A DNA stretch of 64,000 nt from Phoronis australis (Eukaryota; Animalia; Phoronida): positions 223,396 through 287,395 of the forward strand of contig NMRA01000016.1 of assembly GCA_002633005.1 (NCBI GenBank). Direction: 5' to 3'. This document shows, one piece after another, positions 50,701 through 62,759 of this stretch; the stretch's first letter is position 1; each line of letters opens with the position of its first letter. The notes beneath the pieces are model-generated. The model did not search any database and was not told where the DNA came from. It saw only the letters and a list, made by a program, of their open reading frames with translations. The position numbers and the translations under genes were made by a program.

Positions 50701-53700
50701 TTTTTCGTCCAACCATTTGGAAACGAGTCTGCTAATCTGCTGATATTTACAGGGCTTAGAATTTTCCGCGGAAACGCGGATTTCCGCTTTTTTCAAATGT
50801 TCTGTCCGCGCATTTTATTATATTTCCGCGTAAAAAAAATCGGATTTGATATAAAATTTCTGCGGCAAATTCCTTTCTTACCGCGGCGTTGCCGACGACG
50901 TTCACCTCGAAAAGCGAAAGTTGCTCTTTATGTTTCGGAGGAACGTAAATTGTCAACATTGCCGGGACATCTGGAATAGCGTGGTGGGATTTTCAATGGC
51001 GTCTCGTGTGGTTGTAAACCGCGGTGACAAATACTACGGCTCTGCAGCCAAAAATGTGTGGGGGTGGGAGTGGAGGAGTGGATGGACGAGATAAAAAGAC
51101 GCAGACGCATGCTACTGATGGTGGAACGTTTTTTTTTTTTAGTCCTACCGATTTTTGTCGCCGCGAAAGGTTCACATCGACTATTTCAAGGCTGGGTAGC
51201 GCGCATGTTTTGGGCCGTAAAAGTTTCCGCGTTTTTTGTCATTGGTCATTCCAAGCCCTGTATTTAGCAAGCAGATTGGCAGCAGACCGTCTAGCCAACT
51301 GCAGTGCCGACTTCAATGCAGACTGTTGACTGTTCATTTTAAAAAAGAACCAGTGTTTTCTATTTTAATTAATTTGACTGTTAATAATGAAATGACGATC
51401 GATCGCTAACTCGTTGCTGTCTGTTCGAACAAAAATTTGTGACCTGTGCTGCTTGTCAAGTGATTTACTCTGAAACACAGATGATGGGTCTGTGATGTCA
51501 TTTACTAACTATGTTCCTCAACAAACAAAATCTTTTTGCATTGCCTTACCTAGAAAAAGAAGAACAAGAGAAAGCTGAACAGAGCATGGTTGATAAAATC
51601 TTGTACAAACGGAGTGCAAAGTAAGTTACATTTTGACAGATTATTATCTGAATAAGTTTTGTTGTTCCTGTTCTGAAGTGATAAAAAATTAAAGGTGATT
51701 TCTTTTTAGCTGTAGTTCCAGAATGACATTGAAAAATATCCAATGGGTCTTTTTGTAGGCTTGAACACTTTATATTTGCCTGTTCTAGACACAATTTCAA
51801 ATCCGTCCGTGGTGAAGGTCAAGGCTTTGTGCGTCTAACCAGCGCTGCTTACCACAAAGACTCGCACATTCTCGTCACTGGCTTTCAAGATGGTGCCTTC
51901 TTCTTGCACGAGATGCCCGAGTTTAACCTGATTCATTCATTAAGGTATTTGCTTATAAGTAAAAGAGGAACTTAAAGGGACTAGTTGTGTCTGTTGATAG
52001 TAACATGCCAGTCATTAGTGAACCCTGGTGATATGATTACGGCCTGTCATCAGGCACCTTCCTTTGTTAACTAGGAGTGTGAACTGTATTTATCTGGAAC
52101 ATTATCTTTCTCTCGATTTTTGTACTTTTTTTGCATAGTTCTCCGGAGTTTTTTTGTTTTGAGAAACTTATGCTTTCCCTTGCTCAAGGAAATTCAACTC
52201 TCCTCTGTGGCAGAGGTAAGAAAAGGCATGATTGTATTAATGATCTACTTTTTGAAATGTAGAGCTACCAACATACTTCTGAACTGAATTGGACTCGTAA
52301 AAAATGATTAATTGCAATGCAATGGGAAACCTTTATTGGCATCAAAATGACCAATCTAGTGTACAGTTGTGGAACAAGTTCCTAGGAATGCACAGCATTG
52401 TGGGAAATATCGCAGAATCAGAGAGGGGCACTGTTGTATTTCAGGGAGTGGCTTTTGTACAGCCATCAGCCTTACTATTTTCTATTCTGAGTGTTGGGCT
52501 ACGTGAAGTCCTTCTGACTCGGGATGTGTCACATATAACGACATCAAGTCACTTTTGCATACGATGACTGGCCCTCCTCGCAAGGCTCAGTGGGATCACC
52601 TCTGCCAGTAAATTACTCGCCTTACCATATTGATTCTGGTCAATCACGGTAGCACTCTAAACTGGTGTTAATTTTTAGTAAATGTACAGCAGTAATGCAA
52701 AACTTATGGCTACCCTACAAACTGTATTGTCTTCATATCTTACTTCTTGTAGGATATTTAGGATTGCTAAGAAGTTTTTGTAATTTTGTTAATTTACCTA
52801 AATGTGGAATGATAACTACTGAACAAACATGTTCTATGTTTTTACAGCTTTTTTAAAATATGAAAGATTAGCCAACTCTAGTTTCCCTTATGAGAACAGT
52901 AATTTTCTTTGCATGAAGCCTATTGCGTCCTACAGGTGGTTAGGAATGTATCTATCATCAGCCATCTTGTTTTTTCACACATAATAGTTTCCTTGAATTG
53001 AGAAAGTTTTTTATTTCCAGTATATCGAATCAGCCAATAGCAGCCATCAGTTTCAACAAGCCGGGTGATTGGATTGCGCTCGGCTGTTCTGGTTTAGGCC
53101 AGTTACTGGTGTGGGAGTGGCAGAGTGAGACATACGTGCTGAAACAACAGGGTCACTTCAACAATATGAGTTGTCTGGTCTACTCCCCTGATGGCCAGTA
53201 TATAGCTACAGGGGCTGATGATGGCAAGGTGAGGGGCACGTGATTAAACAACAGGGTCACTTTAACATCGTGCATTGTCTGGTTCACTCCCCTCGTGGGA
53301 GTGTATAGCTACAGGGGCTATTGATGGTAAGGTAAGGCTCACATGGTCAAACAATAGGGTCACTTTAACAACATGCCTTGTCTGGTTGTCTACCTGGTAG
53401 GCAGTATATAGCTACAGGGGCTTTTGATGACAAGGTAAGGCTTACATGGTCAAACAATAGGGTCACTGTAACAACATGGGTTGTCTGGTTCACTCCCTGG
53501 TAGGTAGTAAATAGCTGCAAGGGCTGATCATGGCATGGTCAGGGGCTTGTGTTCAAACAATAGGGTCACTGTAACAACATGCCTGGTCTTCCTTCCCTGA
53601 TGGATGGATGGTGTATAGTTGCATAGTCTGGTCATCTTACCTGGTGGATAGTATATAGGTGCGAGGTCAAACAATAGGATTTAGTTAAATTAGACGAGCA

Positions 53701-56700
53701 GACGGATGGGGCATCCGTTCCAAGAAAACTGACTTTGCTAAGACAAATCTTAAATTTCAGCCAGTTTCAAGATAAAACTTCAATTTGTCTCATGTCCGTT
53801 TCTGACAAGAGAGAGCTTAAGTTTTTGCCTTAAATTTTGTCTTAATTTTCACTAACTTATCGGATGTAGAAGTTTCGGAGTTTGGAAGTTGAGGCAAATC
53901 TTAGACTTAATTAAAAAAATGAAGTTAAGTTAGTTTTTTAAATGGGCCCCTTTTCTCCTGATAGACAGCATATAGCTGCTAAACAGTTTTGATGATGGCA
54001 AGATGGGTGGCATGTGGATAGGCGACTGGGTCTCCTTGACGACTGTTTGAAAAATGAGGAGCTGTGGAACTTTAGAATTCTATACCTGGGATTGTACTAT
54101 CCGCCTAATTTCATTTTATAGCCCGACCCAAGACTTTTCAGATACGGCCATCGTCCACACATATCCAATAAAAATGATAATCGACAATGTCCCTTTTTGA
54201 AATGCTTACCAGAAAGGAATGTGTTCCGGTGGACAGCAAAAACATCACTTTTCGAAAATTCTGTCAAGTCGATGTTTTATGTGTATTAGCATCTAGTGTG
54301 GATGGAAATAACAATACAGAATGTGGATAACAAACGTATTTCTAATCTTGAAGAAAAACTTGTGTCATCAGAATAGAAACGCTGTTACGTGGACATAGCC
54401 TTAGGTGTAGTGTGTATATTTTTGTTTGGTTTATTTTTGGACTACTTGTAACCCTCAATGCTGGTTGTTGTGCAAGTATCAATAATTGTGGTTGAGTTGC
54501 AGCCGTTAATCACTTATGAAAAAATGTTCATAATCATTGCACAAAATAAACAGACCATTGTACAAGCCTTCTTAAGGTTATGTTGGACCTTAATAAACGA
54601 CCTCAACTCTAAGTCTAATACTGAAAGAACTGTGCTTTGTCAACCATGAATAAGTATTATTTTCTGAAAGGAGAAAGATTGAGGATTCTAAAAGTACGCT
54701 TCTTATTTCTGTGTCTTTATTATTGTCAGGTGGCCATGTTTTTAAGTCAAATTTTCATGTGCAAGAATGGTACATTCATAGCAAAATACCCCCCAGCTGA
54801 TTTTCCTAAAAAATTTTTTCAAATGAAAACTACGTTATGTCCCAAAAAGTCTGTTAGGGTTTTACTTTAAAATGCAGTTTTCGTGTACCAAGCAATATAC
54901 GAATAAGACTGCTGTTTTTTTACAAAAATGCCTTGTGTGTTGCGAGTTAATTTGGCACAAGACCTGAACTAAGTGAATTTAATCAAAATTTAATCCTTTC
55001 TTCTCACCACCTGTTGGAAGTTTTGTGACGAAGACTGTTCCTCTCAGTTCACTCTGCATACAACATTTTTGGTATGGGAGAGACTATTTTAATAATTAAT
55101 GAGTTTAATAATTAATGAGACTCATATTCACTATAATTGTAGGTGAAAGTGTGGAATACAAGCACTGGTTTCTGCTTCGTCACATTCACTGAACACCTGG
55201 CAGGTATCACAGGTGTGACATTTAGCCAGAATGGACAGGTGGTGGTGTCTTCGTCACTAGATGGAACAGTGAGGGCATATGATCTCAACAGGTGAGTGTT
55301 ATTGTGATGGAGTCTGCCATAGGTTTCTTACTTGGTGCTATGTTTTATTTGTGCAAGTGAAAACTAAAAGAAAAAAAAATTGTATTTCTTTTTGTGTTGA
55401 TGAGTTTATTAATCAGGTGTAGAGTGAGTTTGGTGTATGGGTTGTGAAATTTGATTTTTTAAAACGATAATTAGACAGTACAAATAATGCAATATTTTGT
55501 TTTGGGAGTCACCTGTCTGTAGAAGTGTATTGGGTTTATGTTTCGGGTGATACTTATCCCACTGTTAACTTGCAGCGCAGATACCATTTGTGCTACAGTT
55601 ACAATCATGGTGCCCTTTCGCCGTTCCCATAATTCCCTGTGTACCATAATGCATCTGCCATGACTTCATGCCTTGATACCGTCATTCCTTTAATTGGTAA
55701 CTTAGACACTGCAATTTCCTTTCTTGATGTCACTCCTACCATAATGTCCAATTTTTTCATAGGTACCGTAATTTCCGCACGTTTACCTCTCCACGCCCCG
55801 CCCAGTTCTCGTGTCTGGCCATGGACCCCAGTGGTGATCTTGTGTGTGCCGGGGGTAGAGATGTGTTTGAGATATTTGTCTGGTCCATGAAGACGGGGCG
55901 CCTGTTGGAGGTGGGTGACAATACTTGAGTTTTAATGTCAAATTTTGTTAGACATTTCTGTTTGTTTAAATAAGGGACCTTTCACAATTATTGCCATTTT
56001 CACGAGCTAGCGTACGCTTTTGATATCATAAAAATTGCGATAACGGAAGTCAATGTTTTTATTACTTTTTTACATCTCGTGAAAACATAATGAAACACCA
56101 ATAGCAGAAATGTCACCAATGTCTAACCCAAAAAATGAAATACATGATGAATTGTTTGAAAATAGTGTTTTAATTGTTTACCACGTCACTGTATAAACCA
56201 ACTTTGGCATTTAACTTTGAAGTACACTGGCATAAACCTTATAAAAAGATTGCCATTTTTGTATGTTTTCGGAGGGATGGAGGAGTCAGGGAGAACGTGC
56301 TGTTTGTATGCTCATGAAAAATAGCGATAATTATGAATGGTTCCTACATAAGTATAAAAGTTGTCTTCAAATCCAGGATATTGTGTACGGCAAATACTTC
56401 AGCTCCATTTCGTCCCAATATTATGTGGTAGTGTGCGCAGTATAAAATATTTTTGAACAAAGACATCAGCAAGTCTTATGAGTCGTGCAAATTTAATAAT
56501 GACTATCCAAAATTGACTTCACAAATTTTCCATTACTGGCATTTGCAAATACTGTCTTTCTCTTGCTTAATTGGCCCGATATTCTAATACATTTTTCTTA
56601 TGTACCACCATCATCTGCTTCCTTTTTCAGATTTTAGCTGGTCATGAAGGACCAATCAGTAGTCTTGCCTTCTGTTCGTCCCATGCCATCTTGGTCAGTG

Positions 56701-59700
56701 GATCTTGGGATAAAACAGTCAAGTTCTGGGACATCTTCGAAAATAAGGGCGCTAGAGAGACACTTGACCTCAACTCAGATGGTGAGTAGGACTGATGGCT
56801 CGATGCATTTGTTTCAACAGCTATCTAGATTGCCGACAATAACAGAAAATAGCACCTTTAAGTTCAGTAATTTTTAGAAATTAAATAATGGAATTTTTTC
56901 AAATTTTCCCTTACTCTGTCTAAGTTATTTTGAAAACCCAAAATGGTTCCATCTGAAAAATAACGCTATACTATTTGACATTTTTTTTTGCATCAAACAG
57001 AAGACTGATATTTTGTCGGCTTTTGTGAAAGCTACGAAGCCACCATTTCAAAAGATCAGTATCAATCGCAGCTGTAAATATGAGTTGTAGTGGAAGTATT
57101 CAAGATTTTAGGTTCAATATTTGCCACAAAAGGTTTCGATGAACATTTTCAAAACGTTTGGTGTTTACTTAGTGTCTCATGGCAGTTCCATTTCTTTTCG
57201 CTCATCCAACGGCAATTGTTACGATTTGATCATAAGACATCCCTGCTTATAGTTTTAGCCGTAACCTATCGACCTGATGGTGAAGAGGTGGCCGTGGCAA
57301 CTTTAAATGCACAGATAACGTTCTGGAACGTTCACACAGCCCAGCAGACTGGATGCATAGAGGGACGTCATGACATTGGGTCTGGGAGGAAAGAGGCGGA
57401 TAAAATCACGGCAAAGAAATCCTCGTTTGGAAAGTAAGTTTCGTAATCGTGAAATATTTAGCCATGTATATTGCATCATGTTGACATTTGGATGAAAATT
57501 CTGTCTTAATAGGTAGCAATTTAAGTAGTTTAGTACATAGTGCGGTGTATTGTTGCAGACCATAACACTCAACTCTCTGTACTTGATGGTGTTGTATTTA
57601 TAATCTGATTTACACCTGTATCAACTTACGAGCTGTGTTCTGTTGCTGCAGGGCATTCAACTCTCTCTGTACTCGATCGTTGTGTTTATAGTATTGTGTA
57701 TCCGTTGTATCAACTTGCGCATGGTGTGGTGATGTTGCAGGGCATTCAACTTTCTTTATTTGGTGTTGTTATATTTATAATATGGTTTACCTATTGTATC
57801 AACTTGCACGCTTTGTTTTTTTTTGCAGGGCATTCAACACTCTGTGCTATACAGCTGACGGTAGCTGTGTGCTGGCGGGCGGCAAGTCCAAGAACATTTG
57901 TATTTACTCCATCTCAGAGCAGCTGTTGATGAAGAAGTTCGAGATCTCCTGCAACATGTCCTTTGACGGCATGGAGGTAAGCAGAGACGTGATGATGTTA
58001 TTGTCTGCGGTTTGGGTGCTGCTTTTTAGTAGACAACATTACTGCTAAATTATTATTTATCATTTATGAAGTGCTGTGTGTGAATTTCTTATACTGACTG
58101 TTTTTCTGCAGTTGAATTAATAATTTATGCTTTAATTTGTTATCTGACTCCTTTTTATTGTTATTTGTAATAATCAGACATTAATAATTTTTCATGAGAA
58201 TAGGTGTTGACCTAAAGGCTCAGGAAAGCACTATATAGGGGACAGGGCTAATAGTGTGCACAGTGTCTTTTTGGCAATCCTATGCCTGCCACTGCGCTGT
58301 CCGAACAATTTTTCCAAATTTAAAGTTCCTCATCAAGTAAGTCTCTGTGCTTGGTTTTGAAAAGGATTTTGTTCTTTCTTTGTAATCTAGTTTCAAGGCC
58401 AATTTTCTTGACAAGAGCTGTACCACACTGCACCCCATTCTCAGTGCTATGATTTTGCAAGTGTCGTCTTGTTTTCGTAAGCATTTGCACCTGATTGGTC
58501 CGTTTTTGAATATTCAGAGAATTGTCGATAAAATGCATCATTCATTCGTGTCTTTTGACTGCAGGAGTACCTAGACCGTCGTAAAATGACTGAATGGGGT
58601 AGCCTTGCGCTCGTAGATGAATCGGAGAGCCACGGGAGAGGGGAGAAAATCAGCCTGCCGGGGGTGAAGAAAGGCGACATGAGCTCACGTCACTGGAAGC
58701 CTGAGGTGCGCGTGGCCTCAGTACAGTTCTCACCCACTGGTAAGTAGAAAATATGCCGTGTAAACTGGCTGCTACCAGGTGGTGATTAGAGAAGAGTTGT
58801 GTGACTGCTGTGGGTAAACTGGGCCATTCGCCGTTAGTATACGTTGTGCGAGGGTTGAGCAGTATAGACGTTTGTCTTTTGGTAATCTTGATGTTTTTGT
58901 CTCGGCACCTAACCCTCATTCGCGCAACTGCTTGTTGACTGCGGAGTTGTTTTATGCTTTTGTTATTCTGAACACTAAAAAACATTTAAAACTTGCAGTT
59001 ATTAATAGTCCTGAAGAGATTTATTAAAACTGCATTAACGTAGTGCTACAATAATTGCGGCAAAGTGTTAATTTTTCAGTCTGTACCTGAAATGTTGAGT
59101 TTTCAGTGTGAATACCGTTGCAGTAGATTTGTTTTTTGGTTAGAATTTTAGCTCAGGACTATTGCGCATAGAGAACTTGTGATTTGGTCTGTCAACTGTG
59201 AAGAGTTTGCACTGTTCTGGGGTACTGGTTGCCATTAAAAATCTACGTTTTGGACACTCGGGAAGGATTTAAAGCTATGAAGAACCCCCTAAGGACCCTT
59301 TTCTGTACTTCTTATTTTGTACATTGCCATGTGTGATCTGCTAGTGGACCAGTTGTTTCACGACGCAATACTTTTGGAGTTAAACGAAGCATAGTGAAAT
59401 GCTTGGACACCTGGCACTACAAAAATACAACAAGATTAGTCTCATCTGTTATCCACAAGCGACTATTAGGTTTCATTACTGTACAACAATAAAATACAGA
59501 TATTAATTCAACTAGTCGATGGTCGCTGTCGTGATCATAGAAGACCACATGCCATACCCTGGTATCAATCTGTGCTTGATTAGGTCGAGCGTGGGCAGCT
59601 GTGACAACAGAGGGCCTTGTTGTGTACTCGCTTGACGACAACATGGTATTTGACCCCTTTGACCTTGAAATCGACATCACACCAGCGAATGTGAAGAAGT

Positions 59701-62700
59701 GTCTGTCTAGACAAGAATACAGTAGTGCACTGATGTTAGCCTTCAGACTGAATGTGAATAGTCTTAAACAGGAAGTACTAGAGGCGACACCTATTGAGCA
59801 GGGTAAGTGTTGAGAAGATATTTAAGATAGTACAAGTGGCAAGCAAATGTCATTTTAATTAATTTTATGCGCCCACGCAAAAATATGCGGGCGCATTATG
59901 CCGTCATTCCTGTGTGATTGTTCGTCTGTCCATCTGGCGTCTGCTACTCTGTCTCATAAAGTCTTTGGTGTAATGTTCATGAAATTTTGCAAGTACGTTC
60001 CTTTCATGGATGGGACGGCATATGTAAACTTTCAGACGGATCGGACTACTAGTGTGTCCCCTGCTCCCCTCTGTTTTTGGATGGATTCGAGGTATTTTGT
60101 GTTTTCAAGTCTGTCTTGACGTCCAGCCCTCTATCAACTAAACCACTCTAAGGATGATTGTGAAAATTGGCATATTTATTATGTTCCTACTGTGAAGAGG
60201 ATGGCTGACGATGATTTTCCGACGACTTCCACAACTGTAGCGCCTCTTAATGGCAGGTTTGTTTTTTGCACCCATGGCTATATCTCTTAAACCCTCTGCA
60301 GGATATTTATTAAATTTAGCAAGTGTTTTTTATATTAAGTTTACAACAGACGATACTTTCAAACAGATTTGACTAGCGCTTTGTCCCCTAGTGGCAACTT
60401 CTTTTCGTTTTCTTCTGTTTCTCTGAAGTTCCGTGGCGGTTTCTATGAAATTTAGTAAATAGCTTTTATTATATAAAAGAAATAATGACATGCTCCTGTT
60501 TTTGGATGGAATCAGTGTGTTTTGCACCATCTAGTGGCCATTTTTAGTGTTACCACAGTGACTCTAAGTATGATTTTGAAAATTCAATTTTGTCATTTAT
60601 GTTTCGATTGTGAAGGGGATGGCTGATGATGATTTTTGGACGACTCGAACTATTGTGGCGCTTCCTAGCGTCAGATTTTTGGGTCTGACTGTATTTTCCA
60701 AACCCTGCAGGATCTTTATTGAATTTGGCAAGTGAATTTAATGAAGTTTACAACAAAAATGAGGAGATTTGGACAGATCCGACTGCCTCTGTGCCCCCTA
60801 GTGGCAATTTTATTTTTTCATTGTCTTCTGTTTCTTTGAAACGCCTTGGCAGATATTTATGAAATATAATTACCAGTTTTCAATTAAAGGGTCAACAAGT
60901 TCCCATTTTTGTTAGATTTGACATATGACACCTTCTCATATTCGGGCGAATTTGACATACTATGCGTCACCTTGTGATCATTTTAAAACTTTTGAGTAGT
61001 ACGTCTTTGACGTCACCCTCTCCATCCTGTTTGTGATGGATTCGATGAATTCTGCCCCAACGAGTGGCCACTTTAATTATTTTTTGTCATTCTGTATTTG
61101 CCAAGCTGGGAATATTTCCCTCGGTTCATCATTCTACAGTTGTTTGACATATATTGTCAGTGTGATCTATTTTTCTCACAGTTGTCTGTTACATAATAGT
61201 TCTTTGTTCCTTAAGGAGTGTTCACGTAATAGCTTGTCTGCACTCGGATGATCTCTGGTCAATCATTGACATAGCAGTATCCACCACTGGTGAGTTTGAA
61301 ACTTCCTAATCTCTCCAAATCTTGTAATAAACTATTGTACTGTTCCTTAGTAATCTTCACATATATTATATTGCAGTGGAAGTTATCTGTCAGGCCCTGC
61401 CCGACACCTACATAGACAAGTTACTCGCTTTCATCTCCACTCAGCTGGAGTCCTCGGCACACATTGAATTCTACCTCACCTGGTGCAGTAGACTATTAGA
61501 ATATAATGGGCCGAAACTGAAGACGCGGTCAAGGTCAATCCTACCTCAACTACATGGTCTTCAGAAAGCTTTAACCAGGAAGTGCGAAGATTTATCAAAA
61601 GTGTAAGGCAATTCAGCAGTGCAGTGTTTGCCCAGGCTTTTTGATTTGAAAAAAGGCTGTCTCCTTTTTGTTGAGTTAACAAAATATTTTTAGCGCCCAG
61701 CCGTGACCCTTACTTGCCTGAGGTCCACTGCTGCTCTGAGGTCATTAGACTCTACTTCATAAATTATGTACTTATTTCAACGCTTTTAGGTCCATGTGCT
61801 TATATCTGAATATCTTAAATAATGCCTTTTTTCGCATCCTTTTTTAACAAGTGGTTTTCATATTGGCACATGCATCTAGGTTTCGCATATAAGCCCGTGT
61901 AACTACCCCTGCCTAGTCCCATACATTTATTCACATGTAGGCGAACCCGTTTTGACCACCGCTGTGTCTCATTATGGCAATTTTTTACGTTATACGTTTT
62001 TGCATTTATAGCTAAGTCAAAGTTTCATGTGAAGAATGGTTAGCGTGCTCAATGTTTCATTTCCTGGTCGCCATTTTGAAAACATTTGGTTCACATTGGT
62101 ATAAGTCACTTGGTAATGTGTACTAGCATTCAGATATTAGTGTTGTTACTGCATAGAAATTGCCCGAATTTGTCAGGCAAGTTTTTACCAGGAAAATGTT
62201 GTCATCGGGACGCACATTTGCCGGTGTTCCGATCTCCATGGAGTCTTCAGGATTAATTCCATGAAAGTTTATTCATTACTCGAGGCATTTGTTTATCGGA
62301 GTCTCACAGATGTGTGACTGGGGCATTTTCAAAGCCTGCCAATAGAGTCTACAGAACTATATTTTCGATCGCATGGGGACACAACATAGTGAAAATAATT
62401 CCTGTGAAGTCCTGCAAAATTTCTGTAATTCTGACATACACCGATCCTCGACTATTCGGTGCATCTCTTTAATGTACAACAGTCTTTGTCGTCTGCATAC
62501 TGCTTAATATGCTAATGATATGCTAATTTATGACCATTCTCGTGGCAGGTGTGACCATAACAAGTACAATCTGAGCTATCTTATATCACTGGGGGAGACC
62601 AACAGGAAACGGAAATTGGAGACAGGGAATGATGGGAAGGAGGCTCAGGAGAATAGCGATTTAACGGAGGAGGACTCTAGTGACTCTGATGCAGAGAACA

Positions 62701-62759
62701 TATTAAGTGAACTACGAGAGAAGTGGACACCAGACTCTAGTGAAGTGGAGGAGACTTGA
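41732..62759 (+). CDS. PWP2: Periodic tryptophan protein 2 homolog (UTP1, SSU processome WD40 protein), 19 exons, ~939 aa
   Basis: Exons: 41732-41749, 45379-45491, 46172-46266, 47265-47364, 48751-48894, 49402-49537, 50230-50404, 51554-51620, 51789-51944, 53021-53228, 55143-55291, 55763-55910, 56631-56781, 57253-57433, 57829-57976, 58565-58739, 59584-59802, 61377-61602, 62549-62759 (2820 nt). Hallmarks: MKFAYEFSNLLGTVYRKGN, GQLLVWEWQSETYVLKQQGH, LAGHEGPISSL..SGSWDKTVK, FSPTGRAWAAVTTEGL, and a C-terminal Utp12-type region. Confidence 0.95.
41860..42990. mobile_element. Probable ~1.1-kb non-autonomous DNA element in PWP2 intron 1
   Basis: Left CGTCCTCAGCT / TCAGCTTCTGATCGTC is inverted relative to right GACGATGAGAAGCTGAGGACG; CpG-rich interior; no transposase ORF. 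Confidence 0.45.
43012..43578. mobile_element. ~560-bp palindromic (foldback) element
   Basis: Arms of ~270 bp centred on TATGACGTCATA (centre 43289/43290), e.g. AGAGGGACACCTTAGGAGGC versus GCCTCCTAAGGTGTCCCTCT. The ORF track shows mirrored peptides on both strands. Confidence 0.9.
43960..44092. repeat. Short inverted-repeat element
   Basis: TAACCACTT..TCCTGCTGTACCACGATGG pairs with CCATCGTGGTATAGCAGGA..GAGTGGTTA. Confidence 0.65.
46715..46795 (+). mobile_element. Possible LINE (CR1/L2-type) 3' tail
   Basis: GAGGGCCCTCTTGGAAAGCAG..AACTGAAGAGGCCACCCTC stem followed by an (AATAA)n tail. Confidence 0.4.
47946..48174. mobile_element. hAT-like MITE with 6-bp TSD
   Basis: Ends in GGTCATTCCAAGCCCTG; left end is CGGCTTGGAAT; ACAAAA on both flanks (47940-47945, 48175-48180). 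Confidence 0.75.
49538..50229 (+). other. U12-type (minor spliceosome) GT-AG intron in PWP2 (intron 6)
   Basis: 5' splice site GTATCCTTT; branch site TTCCTTAAC at 50207-50215, ~15 nt before CAG; reading frame continuous across it (…KDSLD|VYSISQNG…). Confidence 0.92.
50750..51260. mobile_element. 511-bp CpG-rich hAT-like MITE with 6-bp TSD
   Basis: TIRs CAGGGCTTAGAAT...ATTCCAAGCCCTG; TATTTA on both flanks (50744-50749, 51261-51266). Confidence 0.85.
53142..53680 (+). repeat. ~103-bp tandem repeat of the PWP2 exon 10 3' half plus its donor site
   Basis: AAACAA(C/T)AGGGTCAC units start at 53142 (exonic), 53246, 53349, 53452 and 53555, with a stub at 53669 and a further remnant near 53955-54020. 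Confidence 0.9.
57550..57845 (+). repeat. ~89-bp tandem repeat spanning the PWP2 exon 15 acceptor
   Basis: TGTATCAACTT...GCAG|GGCATTCAAC recurs with AG ending at 57651, 57740 and 57828 (the last is the real acceptor). Confidence 0.9.
59863..60920 (+). mobile_element. Second HINE-like element (same family as 7858-9160), 3' end not recognisable
   Basis: TTATGCGCCCAC..GCGGGCGCATTATGCCGTCA start; internal units with CCTAGTGGC near 60386, 60530 and 60797. Confidence 0.8.

Noticed and set aside
50677-51329. GC-rich ORFs suggesting a foreign or transposase gene
   Set aside because: They fall mostly within a 511-bp MITE and show no transposase motifs.
45000-62500. Intronic snoRNAs expected in a ribosome-biogenesis host gene
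   Set aside because: No convincing C/D (RTGATGA…CTGA with terminal stem) or H/ACA candidate could be identified by eye; an Infernal/Rfam or snoscan search is needed.
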